Below, in pieces: positions 32,187 to 42,594 of a stretch of 64,000 nt of DNA; the first letter of the stretch is position 1, and each line of letters starts with the position of its first letter. The notes beneath the pieces are model-generated. The model searched no databases and was not told where the DNA came from. It saw only the letters and a program-made list of their open reading frames with translations. Position numbers and translations under genes: made by a program. Origin of the DNA: an uncultured virus (IMG/VR IMGVR_UViG_2718218029_000001) (lineage: Duplodnaviria > Heunggongvirae > Uroviricota > Caudoviricetes); IMG/VR virus record IMGVR_UViG_2718218029_000001, positions 1 to 64,000 of that record. One strand, given 5' to 3'.

Positions 32187-33104
32187 TCATTTGTTTTTTA
32201 GATCATCAACAGTATTAATATTCTTCATATATTTGGGAACTGCCAACCCTGTTTGAGCACCCTTCAAATTTTTGCGCAATTGAACATACTTACCTTTGTA
32301 CTTCTTGGCATACAAGCCATGGGTAACTGGTAACTCAGCAGTCACGGAAGCGTCAGAACTACCATTAGCTATCGAATTCCACATAACTCCCACGTCTAAC
32401 TGTTGCATTGTAGCTTTATATCCTTTTTGCTTCAACAAAGTCGTTACTAAAGTGGTTGTCGCAATTTCATAGTCATATGGTGTATAAACTAATTTAATTT
32501 TTTTGCCATGACCGTTTGGCACCCCCGCTGTCCATGCTTTGACTTGTTTAGGATGGTTTTTAATAAACTGATTGACAGCTTTTTGCTTATTCATGCCACC
32601 GTTTATGTTCAGCATTACTGGATTTGACATTGAAATTGTCCAATGGAAATTCTTTAGTAACTTAGTAGCACCTGGATTATCTTTTTCCAACCCTTTACGT
32701 GTAATGGTGCGCATTGATTCACCATTACCATAAACATGTTTTGGATCTTTTAAAAATTTCAACGAATATTTAGCAACCATCCAGTGTGGCTGCCAGCCAG
32801 TAACAACGATAGGCTGTTTATTTTTAACTGCCTTGGATAACGTGCTAATCATCGCAGCTGTAGAACTTGGCATGATCTGCCAGTTAGCCTGTTTCAACTT
32901 ATATTTTGACAACAATGTTTGTGTATTAGCCATTACACCCGCACCAGCTTCGATCCCTGTAATCGTATAATTGATTTGCGGTCCTAACTTTTTATGTGAG
33001 TCGTATTCAGCTGGTTTAGCACAAGCACTAACTATGGCTGTCAAACATATAATCACTGTGGCCATTTGCAAATAACGGAGAATTCTTTTCTTCAAACTAA
33101 TCAT
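32187..33104 (-). CDS. opuAC: Glycine betaine ABC transporter substrate-binding lipoprotein
   Basis: Lipobox VSAC; GIEAGAG, TGWQPHW, LKDPK motifs. Confidence 0.9.
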   Translation of the reverse strand: MISLKKRILRYLQMATVIICLTAIVSACAKPAEYDSHKKLGPQINYTITGIEAGAGVMANTQTLLSKYKLKQANWQIMPSSTAAMISTLSKAVKNKQPIVVTGWQPHWMVAKYSLKFLKDPKHVYGNGESMRTITRKGLEKDNPGATKLLKNFHWTISMSNPVMLNINGGMNKQKAVNQFIKNHPKQVKAWTAGVPNGHGKKIKLVYTPYDYEIATTTLVTTLLKQKGYKATMQQLDVGVMWNSIANGSSDASVTAELPVTHGLYAKKYKGKYVQLRKNLKGAQTGLAVPKYMKNINTVDDLKNK

Positions 33105-33111
33105 TCCCCCT

Positions 33112-33951
33112 TTATTTGGATGTTTTGTTGAACGATTGTGTGATTCGATCCAAAATAATAGCTACAATAACCACAGCAATTCCTGCGGCAAATCCTGCCC
33201 CGGCATCATTACGCCCCACAGCAAAGTAAACCTGAGTTCCTAAACCAAGGGCGCCAATCATTGATGCAATCACGACCATTGAAAGTCCAAGCATCATCGT
33301 TTGATTAATTCCGGACATTATTGTTGTTTTTGCTAGTGGTAACTGTAATTTGATTAGCTTTTGCCAGCTGGTCGAGCCAAAGGAATCCGCTACCTCGATC
33401 AAGTCACTTGGCACCTGCCGGATTCCCAAGTTTGTCATTCGCACTGTCGGTGGCGTCGCAAAAATCACTGAAGCCAACACCCCCGGTACCATCCCGATAC
33501 CAAAAAATGAAACGGCCGGTATTAGATAAACAAACGCTGGCAAGGTCTGCATGAAGTCAAGAATTGGTTTGATTACGATCTCAGCTCTTGAACTTTTTGC
33601 CATCCAAATTCCAAGTGGAATCCCAACAACGATTGCAATCAAACTAGACGACAAAACTAACGTCAAGGTCTGGGTCATATCACGCCAGTATCCTAAGTTC
33701 CAGATCAATAACAGCCCCAAAACTTCAAACACCATGAAACTAATTTTCTTTTGTCCTCGTTTAACCCAGTACGTGAGTGCTAAGACCACCAAGATAAAGA
33801 CCCATTGCGGCAAGAAGTCAAAAGCCCATTGAATACCGTCAATGATTACCTGGAAAAAGATCGTCACACTATTAAAAAATCCGGTAAATTGACTCAGCCA
33901 GTCAACACCTGAGTTGATCCAATCCGCTAAAGGTATTTGTCCAATATTCAT
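33112..33951 (-). CDS. opuAB: Glycine betaine ABC transporter permease
   Basis: PILDFMQTLPAFVYLIP and GINQTMML motifs. Confidence 0.92.
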   Translation of the reverse strand: MNIGQIPLADWINSGVDWLSQFTGFFNSVTIFFQVIIDGIQWAFDFLPQWVFILVVLALTYWVKRGQKKISFMVFEVLGLLLIWNLGYWRDMTQTLTLVLSSSLIAIVVGIPLGIWMAKSSRAEIVIKPILDFMQTLPAFVYLIPAVSFFGIGMVPGVLASVIFATPPTVRMTNLGIRQVPSDLIEVADSFGSTSWQKLIKLQLPLAKTTIMSGINQTMMLGLSMVVIASMIGALGLGTQVYFAVGRNDAGAGFAAGIAVVIVAIILDRITQSFNKTSK

Positions 33952-35146
33952 TAAGCACTCACCTCTTCCCCAGCGATAGCCGCCAAAACAGAACTCCGTA
34001 GAATGATGCCTAGTAGATGATCGTCATCATCCAACACGACATAAGGAATTGCTGCCTTCGAAATATCGTTAATCAATGCATTGATTGGCATATCCACACT
34101 TGTCTTAGGCACGTCTGTCCTAAGAACTGACTTCAGGTCTTCACTGCCCTTCTTAATCAGATCCGAAACATCATGCGCATCGGCAAAACCCACGAATTTG
34201 TTGTCATTATCAACCACGTATATTGAAGAGATATCGTTGGCTCGCATTCTCCGCAAAGCCACCCGTGGTCCAGCCTTTCCAATATTAACCACCTGGGCCT
34301 GCGTCATTACACTACTTGCCGTCAGGACCTTTGTCCGGTCGACCCCTTCGATGAAGCGTTCTACGTAATCATTAGCCGGGTGAGTCAAAATATCTTCCGG
34401 ATTATCAATTTGTTCGATATGGCCATCACGCATGATCATAATCCTATCCCCTAATTTCAAAGCTTCGTTCAGGTCATGGCCAATAAAAATGATCGTTTTA
34501 TGCATTTTTTCTTGAATTTGCAATAACAAATCCTGCATTTCTTTCCGATATAACGGATCCAAGGCCGAAAATGCCTCGTCCATCAACAGAATCTCGGCAT
34601 CATTGGCCAAAGCGCGCGCGAGACCAACCCGCTGCTGCATCCCGCCTGATAACTGATCTGGATATTGGTCGTCATACCCGGTCAAGCCGACTAGTGTCAA
34701 TGCTTCATGAGCTTTCCTGTTTCGTACATCTAACGGAAACTTTTTAAGCTCCAATCCATAAGCCGCATTTTGTAATACGGACTTATGCGGAAACAAGGCA
34801 AAATTTTGAAAAACCATGCCGATCTTATCTTGGCGCAAGTGACGTAATTCTTCCTTACTGAGGCCCATCACACCTTGTTCATCGATTTCAATATCCCCAT
34901 CAGTCGAATTTATCAAGCGGTTGATCATTCGGATAATCGTAGACTTTCCACTTCCAGACAGCCCCATGATTACAAACAGTTCACCTTCATTAACAGCAAA
35001 ACTAGCTTGATTAACTCCAACAGTACAACCTGTCTGCGAAAGGATCTCTGCTTTAGACTTTCCCTCACGCAACAATTTTTTGCTAGAGATATTTGCTTTC
35101 CAAAAATCTTAGTTACATTTTTAACTTTAACTTTTTCTACCAACAT
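33951..35146 (-). CDS. opuAA: Glycine betaine ABC transporter ATPase with CBS domains; -1 homopolymer frameshift near 35076-35081
   Basis: GLSGSGKS, LSGGMQQR, DEAFSALDP; N-terminus VEKVKVKNVTKIFG is in another frame upstream. Confidence 0.9.
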
Positions 35147-35162
35147 ACACCTCCATGTATTA

Positions 35163-35213
35163 GCATGTTACCCAGATTATTATTCATAAGGAATAATAAT
35201 CTGGGTAACATGC
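35163..35213. repeat. Perfect 23-bp inverted repeat in the opuA leader
   Basis: gcatgttacccagattattattc-ataag-gaataataatctgggtaacatgc. Confidence 0.9.
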
Positions 35214-35463
35214 GCCACGCGCTTGGGTAGACATGGTGTATAACGCTATGAATGAGTCAAAATAAAATTTACATTTTTTATATTCACCAATTTGTTCTAA
35301 ACCAAGAAATTAGCACCATATCCAACCAATTTCATCTTACTCAACCTTCATAAGGCGTTCAAAAACTTCTTGGTTACCTAAAAGTACTATAATCCACTAT
35401 ATCAAAATTTTGATTTTTTTAAAAGTCTCCAGCTTTAGAACGTGATTAGAATTTTTTTAATAG

Positions 35464-36558
35464 GGCGAATTTACAATTGAAATGCAACACAAAGTAAAAA
35501 AATAAACCCATACCGGGTAGAATATGTTTAACGACCAAATCAAACAATTCGAGGTATCCGGTATGAGCTATAAACATCTTACTATAAAAGAACGTGAAAT
35601 ACTTATGTTTTTACGAACTAAGGGGTTATCTATCCGGGCTGTTGCGTTACGGCTGGGGCGAAATCCAAGCACTATTTCACGGGAGTTAAAACGTTGTGCA
35701 GGTAATTATTCCCCAAGCAAAGCAGATAATGACTATCATCAAAAGCGGCAGAATTGTCACAAGAAGCGGCTATTAGACAGCCATCCACAATTACGCCGTC
35801 AAATTGTTCATTACATCTTAGATCTGCACTGGTCACCAGAGCAGATTACCGCTCTCTTTAATAAGGAACATCAATGGTGTGTTAGCTACAACACAATTTA
35901 CCGTCATATCTATCAACACAATTTAGGTGAGAAGTACTCCTCACGTGGTGATACCGGTATTCAGCGCCATCTCAGACATAAACATCGGACTCGGCATTCA
36001 AAGAATACTAGACGACATCGAGAAGTACAGACCGACTATATCTCGATCCATGAGCGCCCTGGTTTTATCAACCAGCGTCAACGTATAGGTGACTGGGAAA
36101 TTGATACTGTGATTGGTCGAACGGGTCACTCCATCCTTTAACGGTTGTCGATCGGCTTAGTCGGCTTACGCTTATCAAAAAGGTTGTGCAAAAGGACTTG
36201 CAGGAGATAAATAAAGGCTTAGTTGAAACTGTTAGGGGCCATTCCTAAAGAATTTGTTCATTCTATTACACCAGATCATGGGACCGAATTTCTTCATCTT
36301 GATGAAATCAGCGAAAGGTTAGGTGTTACTGTCTATTGGCCCGATCCATATTCGCCTGAACAGCGTGGAACAAATGAGAATACAAATGGATTAATCCGGG
36401 AATATTTTCCCAAGCGAACAGATATTGATAATTATACAGAACAGGACGTTGAACACTGCCAAAAGCAGTTAAATCAACGTCCTCGCAAAGTGTTAAACTA
36501 TGAAACCCCATATGAAGTATTTTTTGACAAACCGTTGCACTTAGTTTGACAATTCGCC
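35464..36558 (+). mobile_element. IS30-family element with frameshifted transposase
   Basis: GDWEIDTV / TPDHGTEF / QRGTNEN split at ~36135; TIRs ggcgaatt..tgcaac / gttgca..aattcgcc. Confidence 0.9.
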
Positions 36559-36931
36559 ATATATAATTAAGCAATGCACCTTAAAAATCGCTTAGAAGAC
36601 GTTTTAAAGGGTCTATACGGTGTGCTGTGTTGTGGTGTGTGATTGCTTGGTGTTGAACGTATAGATTTAGATACTATTTGGTCGTGAAATATTTATCCCG
36701 CTACTTTTATTCTAGTAATGTTGATACAATCTACCAAATATTACAATTCATTACAAAAACGGCCTTATATACAAGCACCCCCTAAAAACGTAATGTTCTG
36801 ATTATTGCACTGCAACACTCACTAGTTATACTAGTCACTGTTGATTGTTGAACAATCAACTGCTCGACCAATAGAAAATATATGTAAATAATCGAACACA
36901 CGCAAATTATAGGAGAGTGTTATTATTTATT

Positions 36932-37655
36932 ATGAAGATCAAAAACCTTGTATTATCATCAACTGCTGCATTAGCTTTATCGCTATCTCAACAACGTTGC
37001 CAACGCTGATACTTATACTGTTAAGGCCGCGATACTGTTTCAGCAATTGGCCCAAGCTCACAACACTTCAGTTTCAGCCATTGAAAAAGGCAAACAAGTT
37101 AGCTAATGTTAACTTAATCTTCATTGGTGATAAGCTTGAAGTCAATGGTACTACTACAAACAACCACGACTTCTGCTGCTACAAGTGCTGCACACAATCA
37201 GCAACTACCAAGCTACTTCTTCAGCTGCTTCAACAACCTCAACGACTTCAACACAGACGACTCAACAAACGACCACGACACAATCATCAGCTCAGACTAG
37301 TCAAACTCAAGCTCAACCGAGCCAAGCTAGCCAGACCCAATCAAGTCAAACACAAACTAGCAAACCTGCTGCTCAGACGACGACTCAAACTAGTTCAACA
37401 TCAAACTATAGCAACAATGGTTCTGATAGTGCTGCTAAGGCTTGGATTGCTGGTAAAGAATCTGGTGGTTCATATTCTGCTCGTAACGGTCAATACATCG
37501 GTAAGTACCAATTAAGTGCTTCATACTTAAACGGTGACTACTCCGCTGCCAACCAAGAACGTGTTGCTAACAGTTATGTTGCTTCACGTTATGGTTCATG
37601 GAGCAACGCCAAGAGTCACTGGCTTGCTAATGCTGGTACTAAAAAGCCACTCTAA
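36932..37655 (+). CDS. LysM / aggregation-promoting-factor-like secreted protein (several frameshifts, probably assembly errors)
   Basis: Signal peptide, LysM (NLIFIGDKL), S/T/Q-rich linker and Apf-like C-terminus AKAWIAGKESGGSY..GKYQL. Confidence 0.8.
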
Positions 37656-37774
37656 ATTAATAAACAAATGCAAAGTTGCGGATCATTTCTGATTCGCAAT
37701 CTTTTTTATACTATATTAAATCTGTGCTGAAGCACGTGTGTCCCCCACCAATACCCATTATAAAGTTACTCAGT

Positions 37775-37775
37775 T
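37775..37775. other. Contig junction (N)
   Basis: Single N with an abrupt change of content. Confidence 0.85.
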
Positions 37776-38178
37776 NTACGAAAAAACCCTCAAAAGACAG
37801 CAATGATAGATATGTAATTGACGATAGTGTTGTCAATGCTATTCGTAAATACTATGCAAACAGTAACACCAAGGCTAAACAAGAAAAAGCGTCACCAATT
37901 GACGATAAAGTTCTTGATATAATGCGACGTCAACTAGACGAAAAGGATAGACAAATTGAAAAGCTAACTCAATTACTTAACCAGCAACAACAACTTAATT
38001 TGTCTACTAACCGTCAAAACGAAAAACTACTTGGTACCACTACGAACAACCCCCTCTCACAGGACGATATCCCCTTAAAAGCGACGATACAGACGTTTTA
38101 AAGCCTACCGAGGGTAATTATAAGGGAGTAGACACTAAGACGCCTAAAAGGGGCTTGTTTGGTTGGTTAAGACGTTAA
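37776..38178 (+). CDS. C-terminal part of a DUF536-like (OrfX-type) HTH/coiled-coil plasmid protein; N-terminus at 49307-49392
   Basis: LDIMRRQLDEKDRQIEKLTQLLNQQQQL; frameshifted tail ending KGLFGWLRR. Confidence 0.7.
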
Positions 38179-38223
38179 AAATACCCCTTTGTCATATTAT
38201 CGGCAAAGGGGTATAATACTGTT

Positions 38224-38925
38224 TGTAACTAGATTAAATAGACAAAAAAATTCCCTCGGAGCCTAAACCGGGGGAACACAATAACTTCATCAAGTTTATG
38301 TGTTCATTTTACCTACTATTGTAAGATTTTTCAAGTAGGTAGAGTTGAATTTTTCTGGATCACGGGGAGCCAAGCCTCGTTACTAGAGTGGCAACATTCT
38401 AGCCAAGCCAACTAATCTTACCTTTCGAGGACTGACAGCCGGTTAGCGGAGCTAATGAAACAAGTCGACAGGTCAAGTGAGAGCCGCCGCTATAAACTCC
38501 CACTAGGAATTAACCTATACTTGTATTTAGGTTGGTTCCGAACGGTGGCCCCACGCACGGGCGGGCCGGTAAAGCAGTACGAAAGTACAGGGCTATTACG
38601 CAAGGCCAGTGATCCAAACAACTAAAAATAAATGATTGCTGGCACCTATAAAGGGTGCTTTTTTTATAGGCTAAATTAGTTAGGCTAATCTACAAGCGCA
38701 ATAGTAACAATACAAGTGTTTTTACGTGACGGTGATTCGTGACGAACAACAAAAAGTTTTCTTCTTCGCAAAACAAGGGGAAAACTATATCCCGCTCAGG
38801 TTCAAGCGTTCTGAACAGCAAAGGGCAAGTGCACTAAACTGGTTTGACCTTGAGGGTTAAGAGCACGTGATTGCGTGCAGATAGGTTAGACTAGGGTGTT
38901 ATTAATGTACTAGCCGTCACGTAGA
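38224..38925 (+). ncRNA. Putative large structured replication-associated RNA (copy B)
   Basis: TTGTCA (38189-38194)-17-TATAAT (38212-38217); no long ORF; many helices, e.g. tacgtgacgg/ccgtcacgta; homologous to copy A. Confidence 0.65.
38244..38299 (-). ncRNA. Putative counter-transcribed antisense RNA (ctRNA B)
   Basis: TTGAAA (38329-38334)-17-TAAAAT (38306-38311); terminator hairpin 38251-38276 plus U7. Confidence 0.7.
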
Positions 38926-39281
38926 CCACAAGACGTTAAGAACTAACTACTAACGACAGACACACTATCAATATTATATAGTCTCGGCCAGGCGGTTTCT
39001 AAGCCGACATATTTCGGACAATTATAAATAGAACGTCCTATCACAAAGTAACTTACATACGTAGAATAATACAATTTCACAAGTGTAAAATAATGGATAT
39101 ATTAACATTTACAATTTACTCTATTTTCACAAAGTATCGTTATCGCATGATATTGGTAAATATATAGCCTTATATCGTTGATATAACAACGTTTTTAACA
39201 CTTCACAAAGTTTAGCTTTGAATACTAAGCGTTATGTTAACTAGCATAAAATAGTGCTATAATGAAAACTGACTCTAGTGG

Positions 39282-39740
39282 TTGCAACTAACGTTAATAA
39301 TGCTATACTACGTTTGTGCTGTATGACATGACATTGCACACTACTTTCAGTAACATACCGCAAAATAAAAAGGGTCACCCTTAACTGGATAGGCCTTTTT
39401 ACTATGTCAATTTTAATGTTATTATAATAATATGTGCTATCTATATTATCTTGGGGGAGCGGCTATCTGTTTAGGTAGTCGCTTTTTAATATTGCAATTT
39501 AATTAGAATGATCTAAAATAAAGTTGTCCCATTAGTCGGGACTCATGGTATTCCGTTTCGAAGTGACAACTTCTTAGTGAGCACTTACCCGGGTGTTCAC
39601 TTTTTTAGTATTGCACCAAGTTTGCATAGTGCTATAATCATGCTTGTGTCTCCGACATGACACAAACACCTACTTCATAATAGTGTGACGATTCTAGCAA
39701 AATCATAAAGGCCCGTCATTAATTTGATAGGCCTTTTTGT
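39282..39740 (+). ncRNA. Tandem array of four promoter-sRNA-terminator units
   Basis: TTGCAN-16-TAnAnT promoters at 39282, 39492 and 39611, plus TATAAT at 39423; each followed by a hairpin and U-tract within 55-100 nt. Confidence 0.55.
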
Positions 39741-40002
39741 GTGCTAACAAGCAACCTAAGCAACTTTATACGCTAAAAGGTGTAAAAACTAGTTAAAAGC
39801 TGTCAATTCCTTATGCTCCCACGTTTTGCTCGTCCGCTACCATTGACAGCAAACAGTTAGTTTTTTTTGAATCTTAACAAGAATCTAACTGCTATATTCG
39901 TTTTTAAGGGCCTTATTTCTCGTTTCTAGTGATTTTGAGACTGTCTATATATAAATTTATACCAAAGCAAAAATAAAAAGCCCTTAGCAGGCTTTTAGAG
40001 GG

Positions 40003-40218
40003 CTAAATAACGAAGCCAGGACGATTAATAATATCTTCTTGTCTTTTTTGCAAAACATAAGTATACAGGGAATCATACAAATTCTTTTTGATCTCGTCAG
40101 GTTCATTGAAAGAAGCTTCAAACAATTCTTGAATATCAACTTGCCAAGGATCAGCAAGCATTTCATCAATTGGTTTTAATACTTTCTTTTCGTCCATCTT
40201 AATGACTCCTAACATCAA
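40003..40218 (-). CDS. Small hypothetical plasmid protein
   Basis: AGGAG SD before MDEKK (ATG near 40197); acidic, ~64 aa. Confidence 0.6.
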   Translation of the reverse strand: MMLGVIKMDEKKVLKPIDEMLADPWQVDIQELFEASFNEPDEIKKNLYDSLYTYVLQKRQEDIINRPGFVI

Positions 40219-40440
40219 AATAATGCTTTCAGTTTAAATTCACAGATCTTACAGCACCGTTATTCAAAATTTGTTACCAAGCTTATAAAGATTATCTGCA
40301 CAAAGCAATTAAACAATTTTGGCTTTAAAACAGCGTAATCTGCAACACTTTTTAAGTATTTAAAACATAACAATCTTAGTTTAGGTGCAAACAAATGCTC
40401 AATTAAATAACGAGAAAAATTGATTGTATGGTTATCAGCA

Positions 40441-40555
40441 GACCGAGTGAAACGAGGTCAATGCGCACTTACACATAGAATTTATTCTATGTTGTGCTAG
40501 GCCCATTTAAAATCCTGTATCAGAAGTCGCCGTTGGCGACAACAAAATCAAACCA
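40441..40555 (-). other. Orphan MOBQ-type oriT
   Basis: Reverse-complement homolog of 23520-23632 with the same GTAAGTGCGC core but a different inverted repeat. Confidence 0.75.
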
Positions 40556-41144
40556 ATTTACCCAAAATCAATTTGTTCAACATGTTTTCTGTACTTGCTT
40601 GATCCAAGCCCAAATAAGCTAAAGTCATTGATTCACTTGAGTGATTTAGTAAGTGCATTACTAGGTCAATATTGTAATTAGATTGCGTGTAAACGCGATA
40701 AGCCCCGGTTTTGCGCATCGTATGAGTACCTAGATAATTAATTCCTAACAGATTGCCAACTTTACTCATAATTTTGTAGAACTGTTTTTCAGTGATATGG
40801 CGTTCTGGGTGTTGACTGGAAGGAAAGAGCCATTCAGATTCAAGCTTATGATCAAGCAGCCATTGACGATACAATAAGAGCTCTGTTTGAACTGGTTTAA
40901 GATACAAGGTATTAGGCTTACCCGTTTTTCGGTCGTGAATGAGCGCATTTTGTTTAATAGAACCGTCCGGATTAAAAATATCGGTTTGTTTTAAGCGCAT
41001 GACATCACTGACTCGCAACAGTGTCGCTTTGCCAACTTGAAAAACTGTATAGTTACGCCGGCCAGCTTTAAAGTTGTTGAGTAAGGTATCTTGAACCTCC
41101 TTGAGAACATTTGAATCTTTGATGGGTAAGACAACTTGTTGCAT
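40548..41144 (-). CDS. Tyrosine recombinase (catalytic-domain-only, resolvase type)
   Basis: LLRVSD, GTHTMRKTG, LNHSS..TLAYLG (R-H-R-H-Y); start MQQVV at 41144. Confidence 0.9.
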   Translation of the reverse strand: MQQVVLPIKDSNVLKEVQDTLLNNFKAGRRNYTVFQVGKATLLRVSDVMRLKQTDIFNPDGSIKQNALIHDRKTGKPNTLYLKPVQTELLLYRQWLLDHKLESEWLFPSSQHPERHITEKQFYKIMSKVGNLLGINYLGTHTMRKTGAYRVYTQSNYNIDLVMHLLNHSSESMTLAYLGLDQASTENMLNKLILGKLV

Positions 41145-41229
41145 GTAAATGACCTCCAGTAAGAATATTTGCATTACGTATCTACATGGGATATACTTGG
41201 CTTGCAATAATAATTTAGGAGGGGAAAAT

Positions 41230-41502
41230 ATGGAACTTATTAAAGAACAAACACGCTTAGCAAAGTGGGGAAACTCGAAAGCTGCTAGAATTCCTAGCCA
41301 AATTATTAAACAACTGAAATTAGATGATAACCAAGATATGACAATAACCATTGAAAATGGATCAATTGTTTTAACACCAATAAAAAAGAACCCAACCAAT
41401 ATTCACGAACTATTTAAGGATTGGCAAGATGACGGGAAAAGGATCACGAGCTTGATTGGGGAAAGTCAGAAGGTAATGAACTTCAATGGTAAGCCAAGGT
41501 GA
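41230..41502 (+). CDS. pemI: AbrB/MazE-type antitoxin (PemI-like); C-terminal frameshift likely artefactual
   Basis: LAKWGNSKAARIP motif; the canonical end HELDWGKSEGNELQW is in a shifted frame. Confidence 0.85.
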   Translation: MELIKEQTRLAKWGNSKAARIPSQIIKQLKLDDNQDMTITIENGSIVLTPIKKNPTNIHELFKDWQDDGKRITSLIGESQKVMNFNGKPR

Positions 41503-41830
41503 TATATTTTATGTTAACTTTAATCCAAGCCGTGGTCATGAACAGATGAATAAGCGACCAGCGATTGCGCTAAGCAATGATCTAGTCTGTCAGACAAGTA
41601 ACATGACGATTGTGGCTCCAATTAGCAGTACCAAGCGTAATTTTCCAATGTATCATCGACTAACTAGTAGTCAAACAGTATATGGAAAAGTATTATTAGA
41701 TCAAACCATAGCCTTAGATTTACGGGCAAGACATGTCACTGATGAAACTATTGTCGATCATGTATCGCGTGAAGAACTAGAAGAAATAATCACTTTGTAC
41801 AAATTATTGTTTAGTATTGATGACAAATAG
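41486..41830 (+). CDS. pemK: PemK/MazF endoribonuclease toxin
   Basis: QGDIFYVNFNPSRGHEQ..RPAIALS motif. Confidence 0.92.
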   Translation: MVSQGDIFYVNFNPSRGHEQMNKRPAIALSNDLVCQTSNMTIVAPISSTKRNFPMYHRLTSSQTVYGKVLLDQTIALDLRARHVTDETIVDHVSREELEEIITLYKLLFSIDDK

Positions 41831-41966
41831 AAGAAGTTGTTTTTGGCATATAATGACAAATAACCCCCAATATCTACATTATAGATATTGGGGGTTATTC
41901 TTTCAACGTTTTCGAGGGGCGATTTGTAAGTTATAGGCCCTAAAATGCAACACATAGTTTTCTATA

Positions 41967-42401
41967 CTAGCTTCTCAATGGCCCTTTGTGTTTTTGTATT
42001 TTCTTGGCCTGGTGCAATTTATATCTTTTTTCTTGATCCAAGATCTTCTTAGTACGTCTATTATGTTGTCGAGTTACTTTTTGACATTCCAACTGTTTTT
42101 GGAGTGTTTGTTGTGCTTTAGTACCGACACCATACTGAATACTCTTTCTAGCTAACCTTTGAAGACGCTTAGGATTGATTTTTCGTTCAGAAACAGACGA
42201 AGCACAAACAGTTTGTTTGAAAAAGATAATTCTATTCCAATGATGAATAACCAGATCGTAAATCAAAGTTAATTTAGGTTCTGAAGGACCTAAGTTAATT
42301 TGGCTAACTTCATAAGTGGAATTAAAGCGTCTTTCGAAAATAGCTTTGTAAAACGGTGGTTCATAGACAATTGTTAATGATCCCTTGATAGTAGACATCA
42401 A
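41967..42401 (-). CDS. yjdF: YjdF/DUF2992 family protein
   Basis: LTIVYEPPFY..FER, GPSEP, KINPKRLQR, GTKAQQ, KHKG motifs. Confidence 0.88.
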   Translation of the reverse strand: MMSTIKGSLTIVYEPPFYKAIFERRFNSTYEVSQINLGPSEPKLTLIYDLVIHHWNRIIFFKQTVCASSVSERKINPKRLQRLARKSIQYGVGTKAQQTLQKQLECQKVTRQHNRRTKKILDQEKRYKLHQAKKIQKHKGPLRS

Positions 42402-42424
42402 ACATCCTCCTTAAAATTAATTAA

Positions 42425-42503
42425 GAAAGATGGACAACCAAGGAGGCAGGTTACTGATAGCTTCGCTATGTTCGGACTACCAACCGAACTGTGTTTTTAC
42501 TTT
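42425..42503 (-). promoter_or_regulatory. yjdF RNA motif (azaaromatic riboswitch)
   Basis: Minus strand aaaacacagttcggttggtagtccg...tcagtaacctgcctccttggttgtcc, directly upstream of yjdF. Confidence 0.85.
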
Positions 42504-42594
42504 CTACTGCTAGTTTAACTCAAATACCCCATTCAGAATAGTTTGCTTAAAACTCTGAATGGAATATTTGGTAATTATAGTTCCTAAAGGTTTC

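Noticed and set aside
37676..38101. 141-aa ORF from the ORF track
   Set aside because: Chimeric across the N contig junction at 37775
41145..41399. N-terminal extension of the tyrosine recombinase ORF
   Set aside because: Antisense to pemI; an SD precedes the ATG at 41144
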